Assembly (NCBI GenBank): GCA_965208325.1
Contig: OZ242326.1
Span: 768,001 to 832,000 of the forward strand
Reading direction: 5' to 3'
Origin: Candidatus Poribacteria bacterium
GTDB taxonomy: Bacteria; Poribacteria; WGA-4E; PCPOR2b
Length of the DNA: 64,000 nucleotides
The notes beneath the pieces were generated by a model, which searched no databases, had not been told where the DNA came from, and saw only the letters and a program-made list of their open reading frames with translations. This document shows, piece by piece, positions 28,368-38,229 of this stretch (the first letter of the stretch is position 1; every line of letters begins with the position of its first letter). The translations under genes and the position numbers were made by a program.

Positions 28368-29162
28368 CTAATAATCTTGGTCGGACTTGTCATGATCATG
28401 TTTCGACTTGTCATAGTCGTGTTTTGGTTTCCCATGTCCATGGTCATGTTTCCACTTGCCATAACCATAGTCGTGTTTCGACTTGCCGTGTCCACAATCG
28501 CGCTTCGACTTGCCATGGTCATCATAGTGTTTCGACCTGCCATGTCCTTGGCGGCGATGCCGCCGGTCCCGCCGATGATCACGATCCTTAAATTTTTTCT
28601 TGCCGTGTCCACGCCAGTCTTTAAACATCTCGAAACCGCCGCGTTTGCCGGCGACGCCGGAAAGCGTCAGTAACGCTTCCTGCCGCGGGGTTAACCCTTC
28701 AAGAAGAGAGGCCTCCAACGCCTTTAATTCTGTCTCTAGCGCGGACCGCTTATTTTTGAATTCATCAAGTGTAGACGCGACCGTCGCGTCATCGCCCGCG
28801 ACCATGGTTTTCTTGAGGTCTTTTAACATCGGCCCTAACGCCTTGGCGCGCATCATTCGATGCTGTAGCACAGCTTCAATCTTCGGCGCTAGGCTTTTTG
28901 CGTCTTCGTCCGAGAGATTCAGCTTCGCAAGGACTTTCTTCGTTTTCCATTCGATACGTTTCGCGGCCTTTAGCTTCGCCATCTCCATTTTCTCAGCCTT
29001 TTCCTGCTCCCACTTCTCGGATTCAGAATCTTCTGTTTCAGCTTCCGCATGCGCGAGGAAGAAGCAGCTCCCGGCGAGAACAAAGGCAATCGTTACCAAA
29101 AGCGCAATTGAACGATTAAATGCCAACTTAGACAACTTAGGTTTGTGCGACAAAATAGACAT
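28368..29162 (-). CDS. Exported helical protein with His/Lys/Asp-rich 9-aa repeat tail
   Basis: Signal peptide ending AHA; helical core ending LTPRQEA; repeats HGKSKRDCG, HGKSKHDYG, HGKPKHDYD. Confidence 0.8.
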   Translation of the reverse strand: MSILSHKPKLSKLAFNRSIALLVTIAFVLAGSCFFLAHAEAETEDSESEKWEQEKAEKMEMAKLKAAKRIEWKTKKVLAKLNLSDEDAKSLAPKIEAVLQHRMMRAKALGPMLKDLKKTMVAGDDATVASTLDEFKNKRSALETELKALEASLLEGLTPRQEALLTLSGVAGKRGGFEMFKDWRGHGKKKFKDRDHRRDRRHRRQGHGRSKHYDDHGKSKRDCGHGKSKHDYGYGKWKHDHGHGKPKHDYDKSKHDHDKSDQDY

Positions 29163-29412
29163 CTTCTTTTCCTCCGTAGTTTAGTGAATTCTGTTGATTC
29201 GTTGTGATACAACCCGTGTCACTGTCCCTTTTGACAAATGGTGTCACAAAATGTTCGCAGTTTCCGCAAAAAGAAAAAAGACGTTCCTTTTCCTCACCAT
29301 TTACTAAAGGGGAGCGACAGGGGGTTTTGTGCGCGGCGAATTTGGGCAGCTGGCACACATAAAACACAGTTTTTACAGTCTACAAAAAAGGGGGTAAATT
29401 TGTGCAAGATTT

Positions 29413-29522
29413 CGTAGATTGGGTAGAGCGGGAATGATTGAGATGACCCCGAGATTTACAAATGGTGAGAATTTTGAGGTCGATGGCAAGTGTTAATGGC
29501 GTAGCGAAACCCAACGTTTTTG
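29413..29522. repeat. Half copy of the REP-like element at 24796
   Basis: cgtagattgggtagagcgg and agcgaaacccaacg at the same 90-bp offset as 24796/24886, followed by a T-run. Confidence 0.7.
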
Positions 29523-30129
29523 AGGCGTCTGGTTAATGGAGCGGCGAAAACGAACCAGGAAGATGGCTTCAAGAACTGGTATGCTGGGAATTGACGTACC
29601 TTCGAAATTCAAGGTAACCAAAAGGTAACCAAAAAAAAAAGATCGGTATTGAACTTGATGTCACAAATCTTAACATTTTGTCAAGTTTTGTCACATTACG
29701 TTACGTGCCCTGTAACATGAGAACTTCGTGATTCGAAAAGGCGGCAGATCCGCTTGTAATGCAGGTTTATTGTATGTTTATGTTTGAAAACATTTTGAGT
29801 TTAAATCACACCATGCCGTTTTTTTGAGTCGCCTTTAAGACGCAAACCCGTCCACATAAAAACTACCAAATTCCGATATTCACGGCGTTTTTTAGGATTG
29901 TTGGTTACCTTTAAACGCCAATAAATGTCACAACATTTCGCATTGTCGGAAATTTCGGCTGATTTGGGATTTGCAGCATATTGGATTGATACAGGAGGAG
30001 ATTTTGACCCTGATTTCAGCGCGTTGGATGGGGGTGCCCGCTAGCAGATTATGGGCATGAGGGATACCAAGCCGTATGCGGCGAACAGCAAACTTAAATC
30101 ATTATCACTGTAGGTTCATCAGGATTCGG

Positions 30130-30501
30130 TTAAGACCCGAATCGTAGGATGTGACCGTCTGGGTCCTCGACTCTTAGCTCGTATGCCCACGGATAGTTTG
30201 TCGGCGTTTCTCGAAACGCCGCGCCCTTGGCTTTGAATTCCTCATAAATTGCGTCTGTATCCGAAACGCCAATCCAGAGCCAGGTGCCGGGCTGGCCTTG
30301 TCCCCCTTCGCATAGCAAGATGGGAAAATCATCGCGAGACACACTTGCGAAGTTGGGCGGATCGCCCCAGTCCCATTCTTTTTTAAAGCCGAGGCGGTTA
30401 ATATAATAGTCAACGCTCACAGCGACGTCCTTAACATATAAAATGGGTGTGATGCACTCTAACTCAATTCTAGTTTCTTTTTTATCGTTTGTTTCCGACA
30501 T
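30130..30501 (-). CDS. VOC/glyoxalase-bleomycin resistance family protein
   Basis: ITPILYVKDVAVSVDYY...LGF and PWAYELRVEDPDGHILRF. Confidence 0.92.
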   Translation of the reverse strand: MSETNDKKETRIELECITPILYVKDVAVSVDYYINRLGFKKEWDWGDPPNFASVSRDDFPILLCEGGQGQPGTWLWIGVSDTDAIYEEFKAKGAAFRETPTNYPWAYELRVEDPDGHILRFGS

Positions 30502-30620
30502 TTGAAGATTCTCCTTTGTTTACAATTCGCATAGTCATATTGAAACGTTACTTCGCTTTTTTAGATGCAACGATACTTTAACCATGTTTAAATTATATCC
30601 GAAATCTAATACGTTTTGAA

Positions 30621-30652
30621 AGAAACCGAGTTTTGAAGAAAAAACTCCGTTT
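30621..30652. repeat. REP-like inverted repeat (AGAAACCGAGTTT family), copy 2
   Basis: gaaaccgagtttt-gaaga-aaaactccgtttc, one mismatch. Confidence 0.65.
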
Positions 30653-30737
30653 CACTGCTGGTCATTGTGTGATTGTGGAAGCGTTAAAATTGCGCTAAAG
30701 CGGCACGTTTGATGTTTCAAAAACGGCTGAGCGCTTC

Positions 30738-31065
30738 CTATTGATGTGCTTCCATATACGCCCGCAACACGGCGTTCATGCGGGGCTGGTAACCTTTTCC
30801 CTGAGATTTGAATCACTTGAGCACATCGCTGTCAGGGATTATTATCGCGCGGAAAATCCTATCGCCTTCGCTATTCGCTCAGTTGATCCTCATCTTTCGG
30901 CTGAGCGTCGGGGTCCGATACCGCTGCCGCGTTAATTTCGGCCTCGGTCATATTTTTGACCCTCTCCCAATCGGTTTGCGTGTTTTTCGGGAGGTTTTTG
31001 AGAGAAACTCTCAAGGTACGTTCTTCTTTCACGGCAATTCGCTCCACTTGTTGAAATGATGAGGC
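30738..31065 (-). pseudogene. brnA: Decayed BrnT/BrnA toxin-antitoxin module
   Basis: GTG 31032 MKEERT...TDWERVKNMTEAEINAAAVSDPDAQP then stop; separate fragment DSDVLK*FKSQGKGYQPRMNAVLRAYMEAHQ; overlapping upstream frame LIISTSGANCRERRTY resembles the BrnT C-terminus. Confidence 0.8.
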
Positions 31066-31077
31066 CGACCTACAAAT

Positions 31078-31106
31078 AGTCTACAATGTGTACATACAAA
31101 TGTCAA
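31078..31106 (-). promoter_or_regulatory. Sigma70 promoter of the brnTA relic
   Basis: TTGACA-17 bp-TAGACT with the near-palindrome TGTATGTACA in the spacer. Confidence 0.65.
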
Positions 31107-31164
31107 ACATATGTGGGCTACCCCATGAAACGGTATCCCTATTCAATCTCAACTCTTTGCCTCG

Positions 31165-31440
31165 AGTAAAAACCTCTACCACGATGGAAAATGGACTGAA
31201 GGCTTTTTCATTCCAGCGCAGATGTCATAATTTCGCGCGGTAGTATCAATCTCTACCGCGATGAAAATCGAATTGGTAGCTTTTTCATTCCAGCGTAGAT
31301 GTCATATTTTCGCGTGACAGCAACAGCTTTTACCGCGTGAATAGCGGACTGACGGCTTTTCATTCCAGCGTACCTGTCATATTTTCCCATGACAGTAACA
31401 ACCTCTACCGCGAGGAAAATCGGACTGAAAGTTTTATTCA
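31165..31440. repeat. Degenerate ~77-bp tandem repeat, about 3.5 units
   Basis: ctctacc-like anchors at 31174, 31251, 31328, 31403; cattccagcg at 31209, 31286, 31361. Confidence 0.85.
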
Positions 31441-31559
31441 ATAATGCATAATGCGTAACCCGTAAAGAGTAACAACATTTAATGCTAGGTAAGGCGATAG
31501 TCTTGCCTGTTGAACTTCAGTCCGCCTCCAACGCAAAGTGATTAAGTGGGCTGGATATC

Positions 31560-33032
31560 CTACCGTGAACGCCGAGCGCCGGAACCTCTTGAGACGAGTC
31601 CAACTGTCAGGAAATTGGCGGCTAGCCCCCAAACCCCGGCGTGGATACCCATGGGTTTCGTTGCGATTCCCAGCCCAGCAAGGTTGGCGAACATGATTGC
31701 CAGTGCAACGCAGGTTCCGATCACGAGCCCCGACAAAACCGCATCGGAACGCAGCGATTTCAAATGTACGCCGAGAAAGATCGCGGGCGCGGCTTGACAC
31801 AACAGTTCGAGTTTAATCTCTGTTAACCGCCAGAGTGTTTGTGGGAGTTGAATTGCCAGAATCACGAGTATTGCCATAAGCCCCCACGAGAAAACTTTAC
31901 CCGTGACGGTCAGGCGATGCTGAGAAGACTTTGGACGAATCCGCATATACAGGTCCTGCGTGAATACGGAGGAGATCGCGAGGAGCGCGGAGTCAACGGT
32001 AGACATAATGGCAGCCACTGCGGCTGAAAGAAAGAGGATGAGCAGAAATCGCACGCTGGGAAGCCGTTCCGCAATGTCATTGAGCAAGAACAGAGTAACC
32101 TGCTCACTGCCTTGTTTATCTAAGCCCGGAAACTGTGCCGCGCCGACGAGACCGACAACAAACATAAAAAAGGTAGTGAAGATTGGCATGAAGACCATAA
32201 TTTGGAAAGATCGCCGCAGCGTCAGTTCGTCCTTAGCGGCGTAGATGCGCTGGACGGCGTGCGGGTAGATTGACGGGCCAAAAAATACGATGATCAATGT
32301 GCTCAGCCAAGTGAACTTTTGCTGCAGCGATGGCGGACGCCAAAAGGCGGGTTGGGCCGTCATGAGTTTCTCCGCGGCGGCGGACAATCCGCCGTATTGG
32401 TAACTAATGACGCCAAAGATAAAAATGCACCCCGCCGCCAGAAGAATTCCTTGGATAGCATCTGTCCAGGCGACACTTCGAAGCCCACCAAGCGTTTCAT
32501 AAACCAGCATAATTAGCGATAAAACAACTATGCCTTGAACAAATGTCACGTACCCTCCAGTCGATGCCTCAACGATGTAACCGATTGCTTTAAGGTTGCT
32601 CAGGATGTAATTCCCGAGTGTGATTATGAAAATTACGGTCGAGAGCGACGTCAGCGGGGTAGATTTGAATCGCTGCTGGATATAGTCGCCGATTGTGATA
32701 TAACCGTATTGGCGGGAGAGTCGATGCATTTTGGGAGCATATACCAGGTAAGCGCCGACGATTGACATCACAAACGTGACGCTAACCAGAAAAAAATACC
32801 CTGTTCGATATACATTTCCCACAAACCCGACTAGCGTGAGGCCGCTGTATTGCGTTGCATACAGGGTAAGGAATAAGACCATCAGTCCGAGTCCCCGGTT
32901 GCCGAGGAAAAAGTCGGACATTGAGTTTTCACGGCGTGCAAATCGTCCAGCAAGTCCTACTACAATCAGGGATGTCAAATAGATTCCCATAAAGATTACG
33001 CCGCCAGGCCCGAGCAGTGCTGTCGAATTCAT
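31560..33032 (-). CDS. Sodium:solute symporter family protein
   Basis: DFFLGNR, TQYSG, GGLRSVAWTDAIQG and AAIMSTVDS motifs; many TM segments. Confidence 0.95.
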   Translation of the reverse strand: MNSTALLGPGGVIFMGIYLTSLIVVGLAGRFARRENSMSDFFLGNRGLGLMVLFLTLYATQYSGLTLVGFVGNVYRTGYFFLVSVTFVMSIVGAYLVYAPKMHRLSRQYGYITIGDYIQQRFKSTPLTSLSTVIFIITLGNYILSNLKAIGYIVEASTGGYVTFVQGIVVLSLIMLVYETLGGLRSVAWTDAIQGILLAAGCIFIFGVISYQYGGLSAAAEKLMTAQPAFWRPPSLQQKFTWLSTLIIVFFGPSIYPHAVQRIYAAKDELTLRRSFQIMVFMPIFTTFFMFVVGLVGAAQFPGLDKQGSEQVTLFLLNDIAERLPSVRFLLILFLSAAVAAIMSTVDSALLAISSVFTQDLYMRIRPKSSQHRLTVTGKVFSWGLMAILVILAIQLPQTLWRLTEIKLELLCQAAPAIFLGVHLKSLRSDAVLSGLVIGTCVALAIMFANLAGLGIATKPMGIHAGVWGLAANFLTVGLVSRGSGARRSR

Positions 33033-33133
33033 CTAGTGCATTTCCGGAGGTTTGAGCTGCTTAACTTGGTATGATAATTGACGGTTGCCATAACAGATGA
33101 AAACGTGAAGTTGTGTCAGTTTTTGCGGAGGCT

Positions 33134-33352
33134 TTATGATTGAGCGTCGTCGTCGTCCTTGTTGGAGGATACCGACCAGTAGCGGTGGAGGCAGACCGCG
33201 ACGATAACGGCGTACAGAATGGTCGTGCAAAAACTATAGAATGCCCAAGGCGGGAACCCGAAAATCTGAACCGAATGGGATTTTGTGAAGACCCAAGGAA
33301 CGGTAGCCGCAAGGAAGAAGGTCAATAAAAAGTATAGTTTCTTTCGTGTCAT
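33134..33352 (-). CDS. Small membrane partner of the symporter (DUF997/DUF3311-like)
   Basis: Two TMs with TVPW and IFGFPPW, acidic tail; directly upstream of the SSS gene. Confidence 0.75.
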   Translation of the reverse strand: MTRKKLYFLLTFFLAATVPWVFTKSHSVQIFGFPPWAFYSFCTTILYAVIVAVCLHRYWSVSSNKDDDDAQS

Positions 33353-33753
33353 AATGTTTGTTGTCTTCAAACCCACTATAATGTGCGCGTAATCGTCGGA
33401 GACAATGCGCGATGATTCGCAGATGGGTGTGATTCAAATAACAGCGGAACACGTTTTTTTGAAGGGAAAACAAAATCTAAGTCCAATGTCTACACCAACT
33501 GGTCCAATTTGGAGACAATCGTGCCAATCCCAGCATATTAACCTGCGTCAATAACTAATTCCTCAAACAAGCAAGATGAGCCTATCGGGTTCAATACCCC
33601 TAACCATAGCCGATTCTCGTGGGAATGTCAATATTTAAGATTTCTGCCAGCCCATTGCGCTGATGTCTGAGAACGCCGCATTGCTATTCACACCTTGACG
33701 TCAACACCCGCTTACCGCTAAAATATTCGATACAATTCACACATGGGAAGAAT

Positions 33754-36411
33754 TTGATGATTCTAAAGCTGACAATGATGGGTGTCTGTAATCTGTTTAT
33801 TCTCGGACTAACGGGTTACATTTTCAGATGCCTCCGAACTAAAACCTTTCATCTTGACCTGCCAATTTTTGGTTTCTTATGGATTTTCAATGCAACGTTT
33901 TTCACATTTCTCTTCGGCGTCGTTGGTGCCTTGAAACCGGCCTTTATGACGCTTGTTAGCCTCATCGGCTTGTGTGTGATGGCGGTGCATGTCTACCGGC
34001 AAAGGCTACTCTCCGCTGCCACACGGACTGCGTTCTTCAATCGGGTAATGGGCACAAAACTCAGCGTCGTCGGGTGGTTTCTCGCCGCGGCGGCAGTCCT
34101 TCAACTGGGGCGCATTGCATTTCATGTTTGGTATATACCGCCTTATGTCCACGACACGCTAACCTACCATCTTCCCAATGTCGCCGAATGGGTGCAAAAC
34201 GCTAGAATCCACGCCATCTCAACGCCAGTCATTCGAAGTAACTGGCCCGCGGCGTTTGAGGTGTTTGAGACCTGGTTCGTCGTTTTCCTACATCACGATC
34301 TTCTAATTCAACTCGGCAGCGCCGTTTGCTACCTGCTTGCAGTTGCATCGGTATACGCCATAGGCCGAGCGTTAGGCATGGGAACGCATCTTGCAGCTGG
34401 AGTCGCGTTGCTCTTTGCCTATACACCATCGGTGGCGATTCACGCGACCTCTTGCAAAAACGACCTCGCTGCAGCGGCCTTTTACCTGTTTTCGATGGCA
34501 GTATTGGTGGACCTTTGGCGAAACGGAGACAATGCCAATTTTCCTTTGAATCGCCGGTTGCTGCTATTGGCGATGGCGTTTACTTTCGGTGTGGGCACTA
34601 AGGCATATACGGTTTTTATTGCGCCGGGTCTAATTCTCTTGGTAATTCTTGCGTTGTGCAAACATCGGTTGTTAAGAGCCAGCATCAGTGTGCTGCATCC
34701 CAGGAATTTGCCATCAAAACGGCTACTCTTGCTTTATGCTAGCCTTCTCTTAAGCAGCGGGATTTTGGCGTGCTACTGGTATGTGCGCAACTACCTGGTC
34801 TTTGATAATCCGTTCTATCCGGCCGATTTTCGGCTCTTTGGGCATCTTATTTTTGGATCGGGAAATCCGCCCAACCCCGCCATATCTGCCCAATCTTCCT
34901 TTAGCTTGCACTCCATGTGGCAGAACACACGGCACCTCGTGTCTTTCAAGATTTTCGATCAACTCCGATATTACGCAGATTTACATCGCATTACCGGCTG
35001 GGGCTGGTTTTGTTTTGCGTGTGGAATTTCGTCCGTAATTTACGGTGCAGTGTTTGAAAAAGAGGTACGCGCTCTCATCTTCTGTTTTTTTCTTTCCTTG
35101 TTGTCGATGCTGGGTTGGATATTCGTTGATGATTGGCACGGGCGGTTCCTTCATTTTTTCCCGCCCATCTTTGCGATTGCATTTGGTGCAATGCTGATGC
35201 ATCTGCGAATTCGCTGGGTTTGGGCGCCGTTATCGGTGTTTGCGGCTATCTGCAGCCTTTGCAACTTCGTTGCGGTGCTCAATGTCGGTGTATTTGATAA
35301 AGGAAGCATGAAACATCTTATGAACACGCCTCCGCTAGAGCGCTCTGCTTCGCACCGAAGTATACGCTGGTCTGCTGGCGGCGCATATCAAAGGGTACAT
35401 AACCGAGTTCCAAAGGACGAAGTTATCGGCTATAACGTTGGAAAAAACCACGTTATCTATCCTCTATATGACAGCGACCTATCCCGCCGTCTCCACTACA
35501 TTCCCAATTCCATCGAAAACGTCAGAGATTATATGATATCTGAGGGAATCCACTACCTGTACGCCCCCGAAACGGGAGAACGTGGCGCGTGGGCAGATCC
35601 TTATGTCGGTCATCAAATTGGCATTCGGAACGGCAGAATGGCAACATGGTTCAACGTTCAGTCGGTCAACCGCGAGTACGATTCCGGAACTATTCGCGCC
35701 GACGAATGGACACACCTGGCATTTACCTTCAATGGGCGAGAGACCGCATCTTACGTGAATGGCGAAGCTGCAGCAAAACATACAGACCGGCGAGGAAAAA
35801 TTGAATTTAGGGAAAATCCACATTTTGTTATCGGAGACCGGTCTAACGCCGTGCCGGGCGAGCCTTTCAAGGGTTTGGTCGATGAAGTCACACTGTTCAA
35901 TCGTGCGTTACGTCAACAGGAAATTGAGGCGGTAATGAACCGCGGAGTTTTTCCAGCTGTACGTATCGATAACACATCATCCGTGACTTCAGCGAACTTT
36001 GATGGTCTGGTAGCTTACTATCGATTTGATCAAGGCACTATAGACGTGTCCGGGAATAGCCACGATGGAAAAATTGCCGGCGTTGTGGAGTTAGTTCCAG
36101 ATGATGGAGCACCCATTCCAAATGGCAATGGATGTGTCCGGTTTTTGGGTCGTCCGGGCATGGTTGTGGATTGCGGCAACGCACCAGAACTCCGAATTGC
36201 GCAAAATTTGACGTTGATGGCATGGGTCAAAGCCGAGACAGTTGGTCCGACACAGTTCGTTGCAGGTCCAGCTTACGCTGGTGGAAAATGGTATAAAAAT
36301 TCGCACATTCGAAATGCGATTCGCAATGGGGAACTCACTAAACTAACGGAGCATCTTTATGCACTTAAATCGACTGAAACAAATCGTCGGTTTTATGATT
36401 CTACCGATTAA
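33754..36411 (+). CDS. GT-C/ArnT-like multi-pass membrane protein with inserted LamG-like domain
   Basis: HDTLTYHLP, KND, GTK, WYVRNYLVFDNPFYP and GRF motifs; C-terminal EWTHLAFTF..YVNG..FKGLVDEVTLFNRAL. Confidence 0.8.
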   Translation: MMILKLTMMGVCNLFILGLTGYIFRCLRTKTFHLDLPIFGFLWIFNATFFTFLFGVVGALKPAFMTLVSLIGLCVMAVHVYRQRLLSAATRTAFFNRVMGTKLSVVGWFLAAAAVLQLGRIAFHVWYIPPYVHDTLTYHLPNVAEWVQNARIHAISTPVIRSNWPAAFEVFETWFVVFLHHDLLIQLGSAVCYLLAVASVYAIGRALGMGTHLAAGVALLFAYTPSVAIHATSCKNDLAAAAFYLFSMAVLVDLWRNGDNANFPLNRRLLLLAMAFTFGVGTKAYTVFIAPGLILLVILALCKHRLLRASISVLHPRNLPSKRLLLLYASLLLSSGILACYWYVRNYLVFDNPFYPADFRLFGHLIFGSGNPPNPAISAQSSFSLHSMWQNTRHLVSFKIFDQLRYYADLHRITGWGWFCFACGISSVIYGAVFEKEVRALIFCFFLSLLSMLGWIFVDDWHGRFLHFFPPIFAIAFGAMLMHLRIRWVWAPLSVFAAICSLCNFVAVLNVGVFDKGSMKHLMNTPPLERSASHRSIRWSAGGAYQRVHNRVPKDEVIGYNVGKNHVIYPLYDSDLSRRLHYIPNSIENVRDYMISEGIHYLYAPETGERGAWADPYVGHQIGIRNGRMATWFNVQSVNREYDSGTIRADEWTHLAFTFNGRETASYVNGEAAAKHTDRRGKIEFRENPHFVIGDRSNAVPGEPFKGLVDEVTLFNRALRQQEIEAVMNRGVFPAVRIDNTSSVTSANFDGLVAYYRFDQGTIDVSGNSHDGKIAGVVELVPDDGAPIPNGNGCVRFLGRPGMVVDCGNAPELRIAQNLTLMAWVKAETVGPTQFVAGPAYAGGKWYKNSHIRNAIRNGELTKLTEHLYALKSTETNRRFYDSTD

Positions 36412-36557
36412 TTTGTGTTTATTTTACGTGTACTTCACCAAGCAAGCCAAGTTCTCGTTCGAGTTCATATTGTCACTGTTGCGGCGTTGAGTCAGTTGAC
36501 CACGAATTCGTATAGTAGACGGCACATGCAGTGTACTTGCTGCTTTATGTTTTTTGC

Positions 36558-36586
36558 TTGACCGACCTACCTCCAAGTGATATGAT
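36558..36586 (+). promoter_or_regulatory. Sigma70 promoter of def-larE-glcF
   Basis: TTGACC-17 bp-TATGAT with extended TG. Confidence 0.6.
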
Positions 36587-36640
36587 TAGTGTCTATTTCA
36601 AGGGAAATTTCATGAACTAAGGCAGGGTGTTTTCCTAGCG

Positions 36641-37252
36641 ATGGCAAAGCGCGGACGAAACAAAAGGACAGCCTCGCCCCCAAGGCCGAGGTTTTCCCGA
36701 ACGCCGGAGGATGACGTATCGAACTACAACAATACAGGGCCTCTCCCCATTCGACTCTATGGAGATCCCGTATTGCGCCAAAAAGCGCTGCCCATTCGGA
36801 AAATAACCGACGTTGAGCAGAAACTTGCTAAAGACATGTTGGCGACAATGTATGCCGCTCCAAACGGCGTTGGGCTAGCAGCACCACAAGTGGGCGTTTT
36901 GAAGCGATTGATTGTAATTGACCTGAATCGAGATGATGTATCTAGCAAACCGTTAGTGTTGATTAATCCTGAAACACAGCGTCTTGACGGCGAATCAATT
37001 GAAGATGAAGGCTGCTTAAGCATACCTAATATTACGGCGGAAGTCAAACGCGCCAACGAGGCGGTAGTTTCTGCGTTGGACATGAATGAAGAGACAGTCT
37101 CCGTCGAGACTGAAGGCTTGCTCGCGCGCGTTTTGCAGCATGAAATCGACCATCTTGACGGCGTCCTATTTATCGATCGCGTTAAGGGTTTTAGGCGCCA
37201 GGTCTTGCGAAAGAAATTACGGAAACTCAAAAATAACACGCTACGCCAGTAA
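36641..37252 (+). CDS. def: Peptide deformylase
   Basis: GVGLAAPQ, EGCLS and QHEIDH motifs. Confidence 0.97.
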   Translation: MAKRGRNKRTASPPRPRFSRTPEDDVSNYNNTGPLPIRLYGDPVLRQKALPIRKITDVEQKLAKDMLATMYAAPNGVGLAAPQVGVLKRLIVIDLNRDDVSSKPLVLINPETQRLDGESIEDEGCLSIPNITAEVKRANEAVVSALDMNEETVSVETEGLLARVLQHEIDHLDGVLFIDRVKGFRRQVLRKKLRKLKNNTLRQ

Positions 37253-37386
37253 AGTGTTAACACGGCACAACGGATTGATACAAAGACGGGACAGTCACGT
37301 GAGTTCAGAATTCCCACTTGAATATTTTAAATTTGAGGTCAAGTCATTTTACCAAGAATGGCTGTGATGCCACGCAAGTGTTGTCT

Positions 37387-38223
37387 ATGACAAAGAAAGT
37401 TGAATCTTTCAATACCAATCAGAAGTTAAGTTTGCTTCTTGAGCGATTAAAGTCCTACCGAAGTGTAATTGTGGCTTTTTCAGGTGGGGTTGATAGCACG
37501 TTCTTAGCTGAATGTGCCCACCGTGCGATCGGGAAGGACGCCCTTGCCGTGACAGCGATCTCGGATTCTTACCCCGAACGCGAGATGAAAGCGGCACTGG
37601 AAATTGCCGAATTGATAGGCATTCGACTTGAAACGATACATACGGAAGAACTTGAGATTGAAGGATATACAAGCAATCCCTCAAACCGTTGTTACTTTTG
37701 CAAGACTGAACTATTTGATAAACTCCGCCCCATCGCTGAGAAATATCAAATTGGCACAGTTGTTTACGGCGCAATCCCAGATGACATCGGGGATTTTCGG
37801 CCCGGCATGGAGGCAGCCAAAGCCATGGGCGTTCAAGCGCCTCTCATTGATGTAGGTTTGACAAAAGCAGAAATTCGGGAACTATTAAGAGATTGGGGCT
37901 TCCCGATATGGGATAAACCCGCGTTCGCTTGTTTGTCATCTCGATTTCCTTACGGGACGAGAATTACTCGCCAAAACCTGCGGCGCATTGATGCGGCGGA
38001 GCAGATTTTGTATGATTTGGGAATTCGTCAATTCCGCGTGCGTCATCATGAAAACCTCGCAAGGATTGAAATTAATCCAGAAGAGATTGAACACATGGCC
38101 GGCAAACAGATTCGTGCCCAAATCTATGAAGAGTTTACGTCTCTGGGTTATCAGTTCGTCACCCTGGATTTACAGGGGTATAGGCCGGGAAGTTTAAACG
38201 AGGGTCTGCAAATTTCGACATAG
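37387..38223 (+). CDS. larE: ATP-dependent sulfur transferase LarE (PP-loop)
   Basis: SGGVDS, RCYFCK, DFRPG, WDKPAFACLSSRFPYG, RVRHH and GYRPGSLN motifs; exact start uncertain. Confidence 0.92.
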   Translation: MTKKVESFNTNQKLSLLLERLKSYRSVIVAFSGGVDSTFLAECAHRAIGKDALAVTAISDSYPEREMKAALEIAELIGIRLETIHTEELEIEGYTSNPSNRCYFCKTELFDKLRPIAEKYQIGTVVYGAIPDDIGDFRPGMEAAKAMGVQAPLIDVGLTKAEIRELLRDWGFPIWDKPAFACLSSRFPYGTRITRQNLRRIDAAEQILYDLGIRQFRVRHHENLARIEINPEEIEHMAGKQIRAQIYEEFTSLGYQFVTLDLQGYRPGSLNEGLQIST

Positions 38224-38229
38224 CAGCAG

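Noticed and set aside
31165..31440. CRISPR array or type III antitoxin array
   Set aside because: Whole units are homologous with no unique spacers, no cas genes are present, and the array lies outside the nearby promoter-toxin interval.
31253..31441. 62-aa ORF with KYDxYAGMK repeats
   Set aside because: Probably a by-product of the single 75-bp unit; the 77-bp units break the frame.
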